This document shows, piece after piece, positions 10,483 through 21,816 of a stretch of DNA of 30,045 nt. Position 1 is the first letter of the stretch, and every line of letters begins with the position of its first letter. Source of the DNA: Octopus sinensis (Eukaryota); NCBI RefSeq assembly GCF_006345805.1, contig NW_021833196.1:1-30045 (forward strand). Direction: 5' to 3'. Position numbers and translations under genes: made by a program. The notes under the pieces were generated by a model. It was not told the origin of the DNA. It searched no databases and worked only from the letters and a program-made list of their open reading frames with translations.

Positions 10483-13400
10483 ATGCTCAGAATAGGTAGT
10501 ATAAATGTGTGGCTTGGGGTCGCCTTGGAAACAAGGCTACCTGTTAAATGACAATCAAGTCACTAAATCTGAATATCATAGCCATCAGTGAGAGAACAGA
10601 CTCCACAGCTTGCGGGCACTCCAGCACATTTTCGTACACATTTCAACATTTATTTTCTCCGTGTCTACCGAGAATGGGCGGAGGTGGCAACCGCGGTGCT
10701 TATCATCCGGAAGAGTCTGGATCTCAAGGTAAGAGCAAATTTCCTAGACCCGGAGGGTAGGCTGGTCGTTTTTGGATGTCGATGGCAGCAATGAGTGTGC
10801 TTTTCGACTGATAGCAGTTTATGCTCCGTCCTTAACAGGCCGACCAGATTTCTTTCGACGTCTAGAGTCTTTCATGGGAACGTCTCGTCCTTTACTTTTA
10901 GTGGGGGATTGGAATGCCACCCTGGACACGCATCATTCTAGACTGCGTGGGCAGAGATAGCAATAGAAGGGATGCAAATGCCTCAAAGACCTGCTCAGAC
11001 GCTTCCAACTGTCTGACAGGTACCGACTGGACCACCCGAATGTGCAATGTGGACATGGAGTAACCGCATCGGGTCGTCCAGATCATACTTAGATAGAGTA
11101 TTCTGTAGGACAATAGATAAAAATAGTGTAGGTTGTCCACAATTCATATAGTCAGTTTACACAGATCACAAGTTTTGTGACTTGTACAATTGACTTAGAT
11201 AAGACACATAGGCAGGGTCCTGGTTACTGGAAACTGAACGCGTCTTTTACAGCACGACAGGTTTACAGGGACCGATCAGCACATTAGTTAAGAGAGCTTT
11301 GACGGGTACCATCATCAAAAACAAACGATGGTGGTATGCCCTAAAAAAGCGATTAAAGCAGAATCAGTCAGATACAGTAGAGCCCTAGCATTAGACCGAA
11401 ATAGAATAGAGGGAGATTCAGTTAAGGTTTTAGAAGAGGCACTTAGAACTGGCATCGCGTCCAACGTACTGGCGGCGAGATTGGCCCTCGACCAAAACCT
11501 CAACGCCAAACACGAGGGATGCGTTGTCAGAGCTAGGATGCGTGCTCTGAGGAACGAAGGAGTTGGAGCCGCCCAAGAGGCCCGAGTGGTGGAGACGCAA
11601 CGAGGCAACAGAGCCACCATCAAGTCTCTTATAGATGAACAGGGGCGCGAATTGCTCGAGCCTAAAAGGATGTGTGGGGTTTTTCAACAACACTTCACCC
11701 AACTGTTTGGGACAAGTGGTGAGTCAGAAAGCAGAGTGGACTTTAGTGCCTACCTGCATGCCTTGCCACGACTCTCAGCAAGGGAGGTGGAGTCTTGTGA
11801 AAAGCCTATCACAGCTGCGGACGTACAAGATGCGATGGTAGGCTGCGCGAGAGACAAGTCACCAGGCTTGGAAGGTCTGCCCTACGAATTTTATTTTCAT
11901 ATGCCAGACTTGTTTGGAGGCGTCTTGGCAGCTGTCTACTGCAACTGGCAGCAGAACGGGAGTATTCCTGCTTTTGTAAAGCGAGGAGCAGTGGCACTGA
12001 TCAAGAAAGACCCAAACAAGGGGGACGTCATAGATAATTTCAGGCCCATCACTCTGCTCAACGCAGATTTGAAAATTTTGGCCAAGGTGTTAGCCGAGAG
12101 GTTGGCGCTTGTCATCAAGAAACTAATCGACAAGGCGCAAACATGCGCCGTGCCGGGTAGAAGTATTCATGACAACCTCCATCTGATGCGCTACATCATA
12201 GACAGGGTAGTTAAAAATCCTGGCATGGGTGGGGCGCTGATCAATTTGGATCAATCAAAAGCCTTCGATAGGGTAGACCATCACTACTTGGAGGCTGTCC
12301 TCAAAGCGGCTGGTTTCGGTCCAGTTTTCCGCGGTTGGATCGCTGCCTTATACAGCGGCATCCGCTCAGTAGTTCGCGTAAATGGTCATCTATCCAGACC
12401 TTTTAACATCATGCGTTCGGTTCGTCAGGGATGCCCCCTCTAATCGCTGCTGTATGTACTGACTCTTGAGCCACTACTGCGGAAACTGGCAACGCTGAGG
12501 GGCATCCCACGAGAGCTGGGATGCGGGAGGAGCGTGTCTGCATACGCGGATGACGTCACCGTCATAGTGTCGAGCTACGAGCACATCGAGCGGGTCGGCG
12601 AGACACTGAAAGAATACGAAGCGGTAACGGGAGCAAAAATTAAACGGGAAAAGTCAGTGGGCTTGCGGCTCGGCACCTGGAGAAGCAAGCCCATGCCGTC
12701 CAACAGCGTCTCCATCGTGGGACGCTGGACGGACGGACCGATTAAATTGCTCGGGGTCTGGTTCGGTCCGGACCTCCAAATGGCGAAGAACTGGGGCGAG
12801 ATAACGACTAGGGTGGCTACTCTCACCCAGAAATGGACTGAGAGAAAGCTATCCCTAAAAGGTCGGGCGGAGGTGGCGAACGCGTACATCGCATCCGTCA
12901 TCGAGTATCGTCTGACCGTCGTGCCTTGTCCCGACCCTACCATCACCAAACTGGAACGCATACTCTTCCGCTTCTTGTGGAAGGGAAACGTTCCGATGGT
13001 TAGGCGATCCATTTGCTGCCAACACCCGCTAAATGGAGGGCTGGGCATGCCGTGGTTGATGATGCGCAGACATGCGCTGAGACTGCGACATCTCCGGCGC
13101 TTCATAGACAACGGTGAACAGGGGTGGTCGCCTTTTGTGCGGCGCGCTTTCCCGCAGCTCGTCTCCTTGGACGAACTACAGTCATGGATCAAGCAGAGAC
13201 CGAGGCTAGGCGAATGGCACCGCGAGTGTCGCGTTGCTCTCAAGCAACTCTGCCGTCCGGGATCGAACTTGTGCGACTCCATCACAACAAAGGCATTCTA
13301 TAGAGGATTAGTGGAGGGGAGGTGCGACGACGAACTCGGGCAGAGTCTGGGCGTCGACGAGGAACACCTGACCCGCCTGTTCAGGACAACTTTCGGGCCG

Positions 13401-13926
13401 GGACCTATGAACAATCACCAAAGATCCCTGGCCTGGCAGTGCTATCGAGAAGCATTACCTGTTCGGGATAAGCTCTACAGACACGGTTCCAGACACACTG
13501 GACCGACTTGCCCGAGATGCGGTCAGAGCGACGAAACCGTTCTGCACGCACTCGTGCAATGTCCAACCATTTCCGACCTGTGGGCTTATGCCGAACGGCT
13601 GCTGTCACGTGTGGGACGAATCCGCCTATCGGCCGAGTCTATCGTGAGAATTGCTCCGCCCCCTTCCCTCAACCGGGAAGGCAAGCAGTTTTCATCGTAC
13701 TGGTGGCCAGGGTGAAAGAATGTGTGTGGTGGACTCGAGCGAAAGGATTAGAGACAAACACTTACCTCTCTGGCCAATCGCTCATCAACTTTTTCAAGTA
13801 CCACTTGAAAAGGAAGGTGAGAATGGAGAGGGAATTTTTGTCTCGCGAAAGATTCAAAAAAGATGGGTGAATGTTGCAAAGATGGTGCGTGCTAGTAACG
13901 AAACCATTTTGAGCATGATCCTGTAG
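10483..13926 (+). pseudogene. ORF2 of Tx1 copy 1 (APE endonuclease + reverse transcriptase + CCHC-like motif)
   Basis: MLRIGSIN.., LLVGDWNATLD, DKSPGLEGLPYEFY, FRPITLLNADLKILAK, LDQSKAFDRVDH, RQGCPL, SAYADDVT, CPRCGQSDETVLHALVQCP. In-frame TAA at 12441-12443 plus several frameshifts. Confidence 0.92.
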
Positions 13927-14223
13927 ATCGTAAAAAGAAAGAAAGAGAGCATTTTTGACCTCATGTGTTTATTTCCTCTCTGACTGGGGTTCCCGTGGTC
14001 TTTTCTGTAGGCTTTTCTTCCCACGGATGAACCAATCTTGTTATATCAATGTTTACACCATTATTTCTGTGATACACGATTTTCTTTTTTTTCCTTTTTC
14101 CTCCTCTCGATCCCTTTGATCGCAATCTTACATTTTTTATTTTTTTCCACCCTCGAAAAGAAAAGCTCTGCATTTGTATTTGTCCCCTCTGTATTCAGCC
14201 CTGTGTGGCTAATAAAAGAAAGT

Positions 14224-14398
14224 TATCTATCTATCTATATCTATCTATCTATCTATCATCTATCTATCTATCTATATATCTATCTATCTATCTATCTATA
14301 TATCTATCTATCTATCTATCTATCTTTCTATCTATCTGTCTATCTATCTATCTATCTTTCTATCTATCTGTCTATCTATCTATCTATCTATCTACCTA

Positions 14399-14438
<40 letters not shown>

Positions 14439-14457
14439 TTATCTATCTATCTATCTA
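14224..14457 (+). repeat. (TATC)n array between the two Tx1 copies
   Basis: ~235 bp imperfect TATC, same strand as the other two arrays. Confidence 0.97.
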
Positions 14458-17400
14458 CCCAACGCAAACAACAGCCACACCAACACACAAAAACATATAC
14501 AGCAAACATGCTCACAGCCATAACACCAAAAACACAAATTTAATGGAATACATCCAATCAAAAACAAACATAACAGAAGAGGACATAAAAACAAACAATC
14601 ACCATACACACACCACCAGACCACATCAAAATATTACACATCTCCAAAAGTCTGCACCACACACTCAAAGCATTTTCCCCAGTGCGGTTGGTAAATGCCA
14701 AAAATATCTCACAAAGAAACTGTACTGGGATCTTCTCGAGGACAAACCAACGGAGGAGAAAGCAAAAACTTTCGAGCAGTAAGTAACCCTCTGTATTCTA
14801 ATTCATTAGAACTATGATCAAGATTGGTTGTGTAAATGCGCGTGGCTTGGGGTCCCCTTGGAAACAAGGGTACCTCTTAAATGACATAAAGTCACATAAG
14901 TTAGAAATCATAGCCATAAGCGAGACCAGACTCCACAATCCGCGGGCCCTAAAGACCATGTTTGGCGGACAGTTCAACATTATTTTTCCCCCTCTGCCGA
15001 GAATGGGCGGTAGTGGCACCGCGGTACTTTTTCACAAGAGTCTGGATCTCAAAGTAAGGACAATATTCGTAGACCCGAGGGTAGACTGGTCGTCCTGGAT
15101 GTCGACGGCAGCAATGGGTGCGCCTTTCGACTCGTATCAGTTTACGCACCGCCCTTAACAGGTCGGGCGGATTTCTTTCAGCGTCTAGAAGTTTTCTTGG
15201 GAACGTCTCGTCCTTTACTCTTAGTGGGGGATTGGAATGCTACCTTGGACACGCATGTAGACTACGTGGGTAGAGATAGGAATAGAAGGGGATGCAAATG
15301 CCTCAGAGACCTGCTCAGACGCTTTCAACTGTCTGACAGGTTCCGACTAGACCACCCGAATGCGCCAACGTGGACATGGAGCAACCGCATCGGGTCATCG
15401 AGATCGTATCTAGATAGGATACTGTGTAGGACAGTAGATAGAGATAGCATAGGATGTCCACAATTCCACATAGTCAGCTACACGGATCACAAACTTGTGA
15501 CATGTACGCTAGACTTAGGTAAGACACTTAGGCAGGGTCCCGGATACTGGAAACTAAACGCGTCTTCCCATCGAGACAAGTTTTCAGAGACCGGATTAGC
15601 ACACTAGTAAAGAGGGCTTTGACGGGAGCCATCATCAACAACAAATGGTGGTTTGCCCTCAAGAGAGCAGTAAAAGCAGAAGCGATTAGGTACAGCAAAG
15701 CACTAGCCATAGATAGAAATAGAGTAGAGGGTGAGCTAGTTAAGAAGCTAGAAGAGGCAATTAGAAGCGGCATCGCATCCGACGTTTTGGCGGCGAGGTT
15801 GGCCCTGACCAACACTTCAACGCCAAACACGAAGGATGTGCTGTCAGAGCTAGGATGCGTGCTCTAAGGAACGAAGGGTTGGAGCCGCGAGAGAGGCCCG
15901 GGTGGCAGAGGCGCAACAGGGCAACAAAGCCACCATTCGGTCACTGGTAGATGAACAGGGGCGCGAATTGCTCGAGCCAAGTAAAATGTGTGAGGCCTTT
16001 CAGCAGCATTTTGCCCGACTGTTCGGAACGAGTGGAGGGCAAGAACGTAGGGTGGACTTCAGTGCCTACCTACATAGCCTACCACGACTCTCGACAAGAA
16101 AGGCAGGGTGCTGCGAAGGTGCCATCACGGCGGCGGAAGTGCGGGAAGCGATGGCAGAATGCTCGAGGGACAAATCACCGGGTTTGGATGGTCTACCCTA
16201 CGAGCTTTACAATTGTATGCCAGACTTGTTTGGAGATCTCTTGGCGGCGGGGTACTGCAACTGGCAGCAAAACGGGAGCATTCCTGGTTTTGTGAGCCGA
16301 GGAGCCGTAACACTGCTGAAGAAAGATCTAAACAAGGGAAATGTAATAGATAACTTTAGGCCCATCACTCTGCTTAATGCAGACTTGAAAATTTTGGCCA
16401 AGGTGCTAGCCAAGAGGTTGGCGCTTGTCATCGAGAAACTGGTCGACAAGGCGCAAACATGCGCCGTGCCAGGCCGGACCATCCATGACAACCTCCATCT
16501 GATGCGCTACATCATAGACAGGGTAGTTAACGAACCTGGCATGGGTGGGGCCCTGATCAACTTGGATCAATCGAAAGCCTTTGATAGGGTGGACCATCGA
16601 TACTTGGAGGCAGTCCTGAGAGCGGCTGGTTTCGGGCCCGTCTTCCGCGGCTGGATAGCTGCCTTGTACAGAGGCATCCGTTCGGTAATTCGCGTAAATG
16701 GACATCTATCGAGACCTTTCGACGTTCGACGTTGCGGTTCCGTCAGGGATGCCCCCTCTCGGCGCTTCTATACGTATTGACTCTTGAGCCACTACTGCGG
16801 AAGCTGGCGACTCTAAGGGCATCCCGCGAGAATTGGATGCGGGACGAGCGTGTCTGCATACGCGGACGACGTCACCGTCATAGTGTCTAGCCACGAGCAC
16901 ATCGAGCTGGTCGGCGAGACACTGAAAAACTACGAAGCGGTGACAGGAGCGAAAATCAACCGGGAAAAGTCAGTGGGCTTGCGACTAGGCACCTGGAGAA
17001 GCAAGCCCATGCCGTCCACCAGCGCCTCCGTCGTGGGACGCTGGACCGACGGCCCGGTTGAGTTGCTCGGGGTCTGGTTTGGTCCGGACCTCCAAGTGGA
17101 GAAGAACTGGAACGAGATAACGAGTGGGGTGGTCACTCTCGCCCGGCAATGGGCCGAGAGGAAACTGTCCCTAAAAGGTCGAGCGGAGGTGGCGAACACG
17201 TACATCGCGTCCGTCATCTACTACCGCCGCCTGACCGTCGTACCTTGTCCCGACCCTACCATCACCAAACTACAACGCATCCTTTTCGCTTCTTGTGGAA
17301 AGGATGCGTCCCGATGGTCAGGCGATCCATTTGCTGTCAACACCCGTTAAAAGGAGGGCTGGGCATGCCGTGGTTGATGATGCGCAGACACGCGCTGAGA

Positions 17401-18588
17401 CTGCGACATCTCTGGCTCTATGTAGACGACGGTGAACAGGTGTGGTCGCCGTTTGTGAGGCACGCTTTCCCGCAGCTCGTCTCCATGACCGAACTGCAGT
17501 CGTGGATCAAAAAGAGGCCGAGGAAGGGCGAATGGCACCGCGAGAGTCGCGTTGCTCTCAAGCAACTCTGCCGTCCTGGGTCGACCTTAAGTGACTTCAA
17601 CACAACCAAAGCATTCTATAGGGGTTTAGTGGAGGGGAGGTACGACGACGAGCTCGGGGCGAACCTGGACGTCGACGAGGAGTACCTGACCCGCCTGTTC
17701 GGGACGACTTTCGGGCCAGGGCCCATGGACAACTTCCAGAGATCCCTGGCCTGGCAGTGCTACCGAGAAGCGCTACCCGTTCGGGATAAGCTCTACAGAC
17801 ACGGCTCGAGAAACACGGGGCCGACCTGCCCGAGATGCGGTCAGAGCGACGAAACCGTTCTGCACGCACTCGTTCAGTGTCCAACAATTTCCGACCTGTG
17901 GGCTTATGTCGAACAACTGCTGTCACGTGGTGACGAGTCGGTTTATCAGCTGAGTCTATCGTCAATATTGTCACGCCTCCTTCCTTCAAACGGGAAGGAA
18001 GAGCTATTTTCATCATCCTTGTGGCTATGGCGAAAGAATGTATCTGGTGGACGCGTCTGAAAGGATTGGAGACAAACACTTTCCTCTCTGGTCAATCTCT
18101 CATCAACTTCTTCAAGTACCACTTGAAAAGGAAAGTGAGAGTAGAGAGGCAAGTTTTGTCTAGCGAATGTTTTAAAAAAGATGGGTGAATGTAGCAAGAA
18201 TGGCACGTATGAATGACGAAGCCACCTTGAGCATAGTCCTATGAACCCAGAAATCGAAAACAGAGAGTTGCTTCATTGACCGAGGTTACCGTGGTCTTTT
18301 CCGTAGGCTTTTCTTTCCACGGGTAAACCTCACCTGTCCTCCCCTTTACACTTCATATTGACATTTCTGTGATAACGATCCCTATTGATCAATTTTTTTT
18401 CCTCTCCCCTTTTTTTTTTTTTTTAACCCCCCCTTTTTTTGTCCTCTTTCTCTCCTTTTACGATCCCTTTTGATCGAAACTCCCCCTTCCCCTTTTTTTT
18501 TTTTTTCTTTTTTTAAACCTTCAAAAGAAAAGCTCTACCTTGTAATTTGCTCTATCTGTGTGCAGCCCTGTGTGGCTAATAAAGAAAC
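14458..18588 (+). mobile_element. Tx1/L1-clade LINE copy 2, 5'-truncated within ORF1
   Basis: ORF1 C-terminal remnant 14458-14782 (MLTAI..MEYIQSKTNITEEDIKT vs copy 1 MLTAI..MEHIRSNTNITENDIKT), ORF2, 3' UTR with AATAAA at 18578, then (TATC)n. Confidence 0.9.
14814..18244 (+). pseudogene. ORF2 of Tx1 copy 2 (APE + RT), broken by frameshifts
   Basis: MIKIGCVNARGLGSPWKQGYLLND..IIAISET, GDWNATLD, SYLDRILC, YTDHKLV, DKSPGLDGLPYE, LDQSKAFDRVDH, SAYADDVT, CPRCGQSDETVLHALVQCP; TGA at 18242-18244. Confidence 0.92.
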
Positions 18589-18644
18589 ATATCTATTTAC
18601 CTATCTATCTATCTTTCTATCTATCTGTCTATCTTTCTATCTAC

Positions 18645-18677
<33 letters not shown>

Positions 18678-18678
18678 C

Positions 18679-18713
<35 letters not shown>

Positions 18714-18733
18714 CATCTATCTATCTATCTATC

Positions 18734-18765
<32 letters not shown>

Positions 18766-18839
18766 CCTATCTATCTATCTTTCTATCTATCTGTCTATCT
18801 TTCTATCTACCTATCTATCTATCTATCTATTTATGTATC

Positions 18840-18900
<61 letters not shown>

Positions 18901-18979
18901 ATCTACCTATCTATCTATCTATCTATCTTTCTATCTATCTGTCTATCTTTCTATCTGCCTATCTATCTATCTATCTATC

Positions 18980-19027
<48 letters not shown>

Positions 19028-19030
19028 ATC
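18589..19030 (+). repeat. (TATC)n array downstream of Tx1 copy 2
   Basis: ~440 bp imperfect TATC, followed by (TC)n and (TA)n. Confidence 0.97.
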
Positions 19031-19031
19031 T

Positions 19032-19083
<52 letters not shown>

Positions 19084-19173
19084 TGGAGATGAATGGATTT
19101 ATGGTTAGATCGTATGTGATCTTCTTCTAGCATATGGCTGTCGACATAGTGGTTTTTAGCCCTAAATATACAC

Positions 19174-19223
<50 letters not shown>

Positions 19224-19288
19224 CAATGATAGTTTTGATTGTTATTTTCATATTTGTGTATGTCTATGTCTCTATTTGTGCGTTATCA

Positions 19289-21165
19289 CCATCATCATCA
19301 TCATCATCATCATCATTATCATCATTTAACATCCACTCACCATACTGGCATGTGTCGGCTGGTTTGACAGGAGATTATGAGTCGGTGAGCTGCCCCACGT
19401 TCCTGTCTGATTTGGCATGGTTTCTACAGCTTGATGTCCTTCCTAATGCCAACCACCCCAGGTGTGTAACTGGTGCTTTCACATGCCACTGGCACGGGTG
19501 CCACTTGCATGACACCGACAATGTCCACGACTACGATTCACGGATGGTTGCCATTTAAATGGCACCACCAATGACGATAATTCCCAGGTGCCAATTTACA
19601 TGGCACCATCAGTGGCCACAATTACGATACCCAGGTGTCATTGACATGGCACCGGAAGCGAACAGCCACGGCTATGATGCACGGGTGCCACTTATAGGAC
19701 ACTGGCACGACCACATCCTTATCATCACTTGGCCTGACATGTCCTCTCTCGCAGAGAATATCACCAGGGCTTTCGGTCACTTGTCATCTCTTCCATAATG
19801 CCCATCGGTTGGAGATCATTCTTCATCAACTCATCGAAAGTCTTCTTGGGTCTCCCTCTTCCAAAGGATCCTTCCACAGTTAGAGATCGGCACTTTTTGA
19901 CACAGCTGTCCATGTCCATACACATCGCAAGACCATACCAACACAGACGTCTTTTTGCACACCCCACTTGATGTCTCCAATGCCCAGCTTTTCTCTCAAG
20001 GCCCCCATACTCTGTCGTACATGCACACTGACATTGTACATCCAGCGAGTCATACTGGCTTCATTTCTTTCAAGCCTATGGAAGTCCTCAGAGAGGTCAC
20101 ATCCCATGTTTCACTGACATGTAACATAGTTGTTTACACACAGGCATCATAACATCTGCCTTTCAATCACAGGGAGACGTTCTTTGTTACCATTAGAGTT
20201 AAGACCATTCTGAACTTTGCACATCTTATTCTTATTCTTGCAGCTATACTCAAGGAACAACCAACCACACTCCTGACTTAGCCACCTAGATAGCGGAAAC
20301 TATCAACTCCCAGTAGCTTACCTACCTGGCAATTGATGGGCTCTATTTTCTCTACATTTGTGCTGTTTATTGTACCTGTGCACCTTCCACACAGAAAAAC
20401 TATTATCCCCGTTAACCTTCCTCTGATATTGCTGGAACACTTATGTGTCCATACCTTACACTGGGCACATCTTATGAACTTCCTACCTACGCTTTTTCTA
20501 CAGATCGAACAGTGCCATCTTCCTAAGGGGATTTGTGAATTGCCCCTTTCCTACTTACTAAAATGGTTTTGTTAGACTAAGTTTAGGGTCCTTTGATTCT
20601 AGCCCTTACTGATATACCTAAAATTTACCTAGTTCTGAAAGTTATTCGGCTATGATAACAAGGTCATCAGCATTGGGGATCTCCTAGAAGCAGTTCATCT
20701 TAAATCCTCTGTTATTGCCTGGAGGACTCTGATAAACAGGAAGGCGCTGAGGACTAATCCATGATGAACCCCTACTTGTACCCTAATTCATTGCTACACA
20801 CGATGCCAAACCTCACCTTACTGACAGCATCCCTGTACATGGCTTGTAACGCTCTCACCAACCATTCGTCCATCCCTAGTTTTTGCAGTGACCAGCAAAT
20901 AAGGGATCGAGGAATCCTGTCAAAGCCTTTCTCCGTGTTTAACAAAGGCCCAGTACAAGGGTTTATCTTTGGCTAGGTACTTCTCCTGCAGCTGCCTTAT
21001 CAGGAATATAGCATCAGAGGTGCTTCGCTGTGGCACAAAACCAAATTGCATCTCTTCTGGTCTAACACACATCCTAATTATTTTGTCTGTGACCCTCTCA
21101 GTAATTTTCATTGCTTCATCTAATAGTTTGATACCTCTGTAATTATTTCCGTGCAAGGCATCATC
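19289..21165 (-). mobile_element. 5'-truncated, decayed RTE-clade LINE
   Basis: Minus strand: NYRGIKLL..QFGFVPQRSTSDAIFLIRQLQEKY, a degenerate ADD motif near 20663-20674, C-terminal RLERNEASMTRW..LREKLG..GRGRPKKT, 3' UTR and a (CAT)n/(ATG)n tail at ~19289-19320. Confidence 0.85.
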
Positions 21166-21358
21166 CTCCCTGTATGTGTGTGAGGGTGTGTGAGTGTGTG
21201 TGCGTGTGTGTGTATTTGTGATTATTTGGAATTTGGGTATACATTTAGAAGTATGCTACTTAAAGATCTTTCGCTGATTCGGTTACCTCATGTCATCCAC
21301 AGTTGAGCTATAAGTGACACTGGATCTACCTCATGTATTCTGCAGTGTTCGTTCAGTT

Positions 21359-21816
21359 TATAATGAATGAGGGAAGCAGAAAATGGAGTTAATGAGAATT
21401 TTTATTCATCGCAACGATTGTTTCAATCCATCTTGTATCGGTCCCTTGCAGGTAGGATATTGTATAACTGGTTGTGGTACATCCTCCGGTGCAGATGCAT
21501 GTCATCGGGTGTCTTCTTTTAAAGAAGATACCTCTGTAAATATATTCGGGTTCGCTTGGAATGTTGTTGTTGCCAGAAGGCTGTTGTCTCTCATGTTGTT
21601 ATCCAAGAAGCTCCTAGCAACAACATGTCAAGTGAAACTGAATATATTTAGTGAGGTATCTTTACATTAAAACAAGGCACCCGATGAGATGCATCTGCAC
21701 TGGAGGATGCAAAACAACATGTATAGTAGCCCACCCGCAAGCGACCGATGCAAGATGGGTCGAAACGGTCGTTGTGATGCATATTCTCGTGAACTCCGTT
21801 TCCCCAATTCATTATA
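21359..21816. repeat. ~460-bp degenerate foldback palindrome
   Basis: 21480-21513 vs the reverse complement of 21676-21709 matches 31/34. Complementarity is traceable outward to tataatgaat/attcattata and inward to ~21570-21610. Confidence 0.85.

Larger units (their letters stand above)
8058..14222 (+). mobile_element. Tx1/L1-clade LINE copy 1, apparently full length and decayed
   Basis: 5' UTR, gag-like ORF1, ORF2 with AP endonuclease, RT and C-terminal zinc motif, T-rich 3' UTR, AATAAA at 14211, then directly (TATC)n. Confidence 0.9.

Noticed and set aside
12575-13285. 236-aa minus-strand ORF and other antisense ORFs over the Tx1 ORF2s
   Set aside because: Shadow frames of GC-rich coding sequence; only partly preserved in the second copy and without motifs.
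19497-19703. CRISPR-like pattern of palindromic repeats with spacers
   Set aside because: The linkers resemble each other (ccac..tacgat..cca/cacg), the repeats are degenerate, the context is a eukaryotic RTE 3' UTR and there are no cas genes. It is a minisatellite.
21383-21670. 95-aa ORF and cag|gtagg site as a possible extra host exon
   Set aside because: No ankyrin or other recognisable motif. It lies in the palindrome arm, and exons B and C already join in phase without it.
21745-21775. GAAACGGTC motif resembling a hammerhead 3' core
   Set aside because: No CUGANGA-like segment in register with a stem II.
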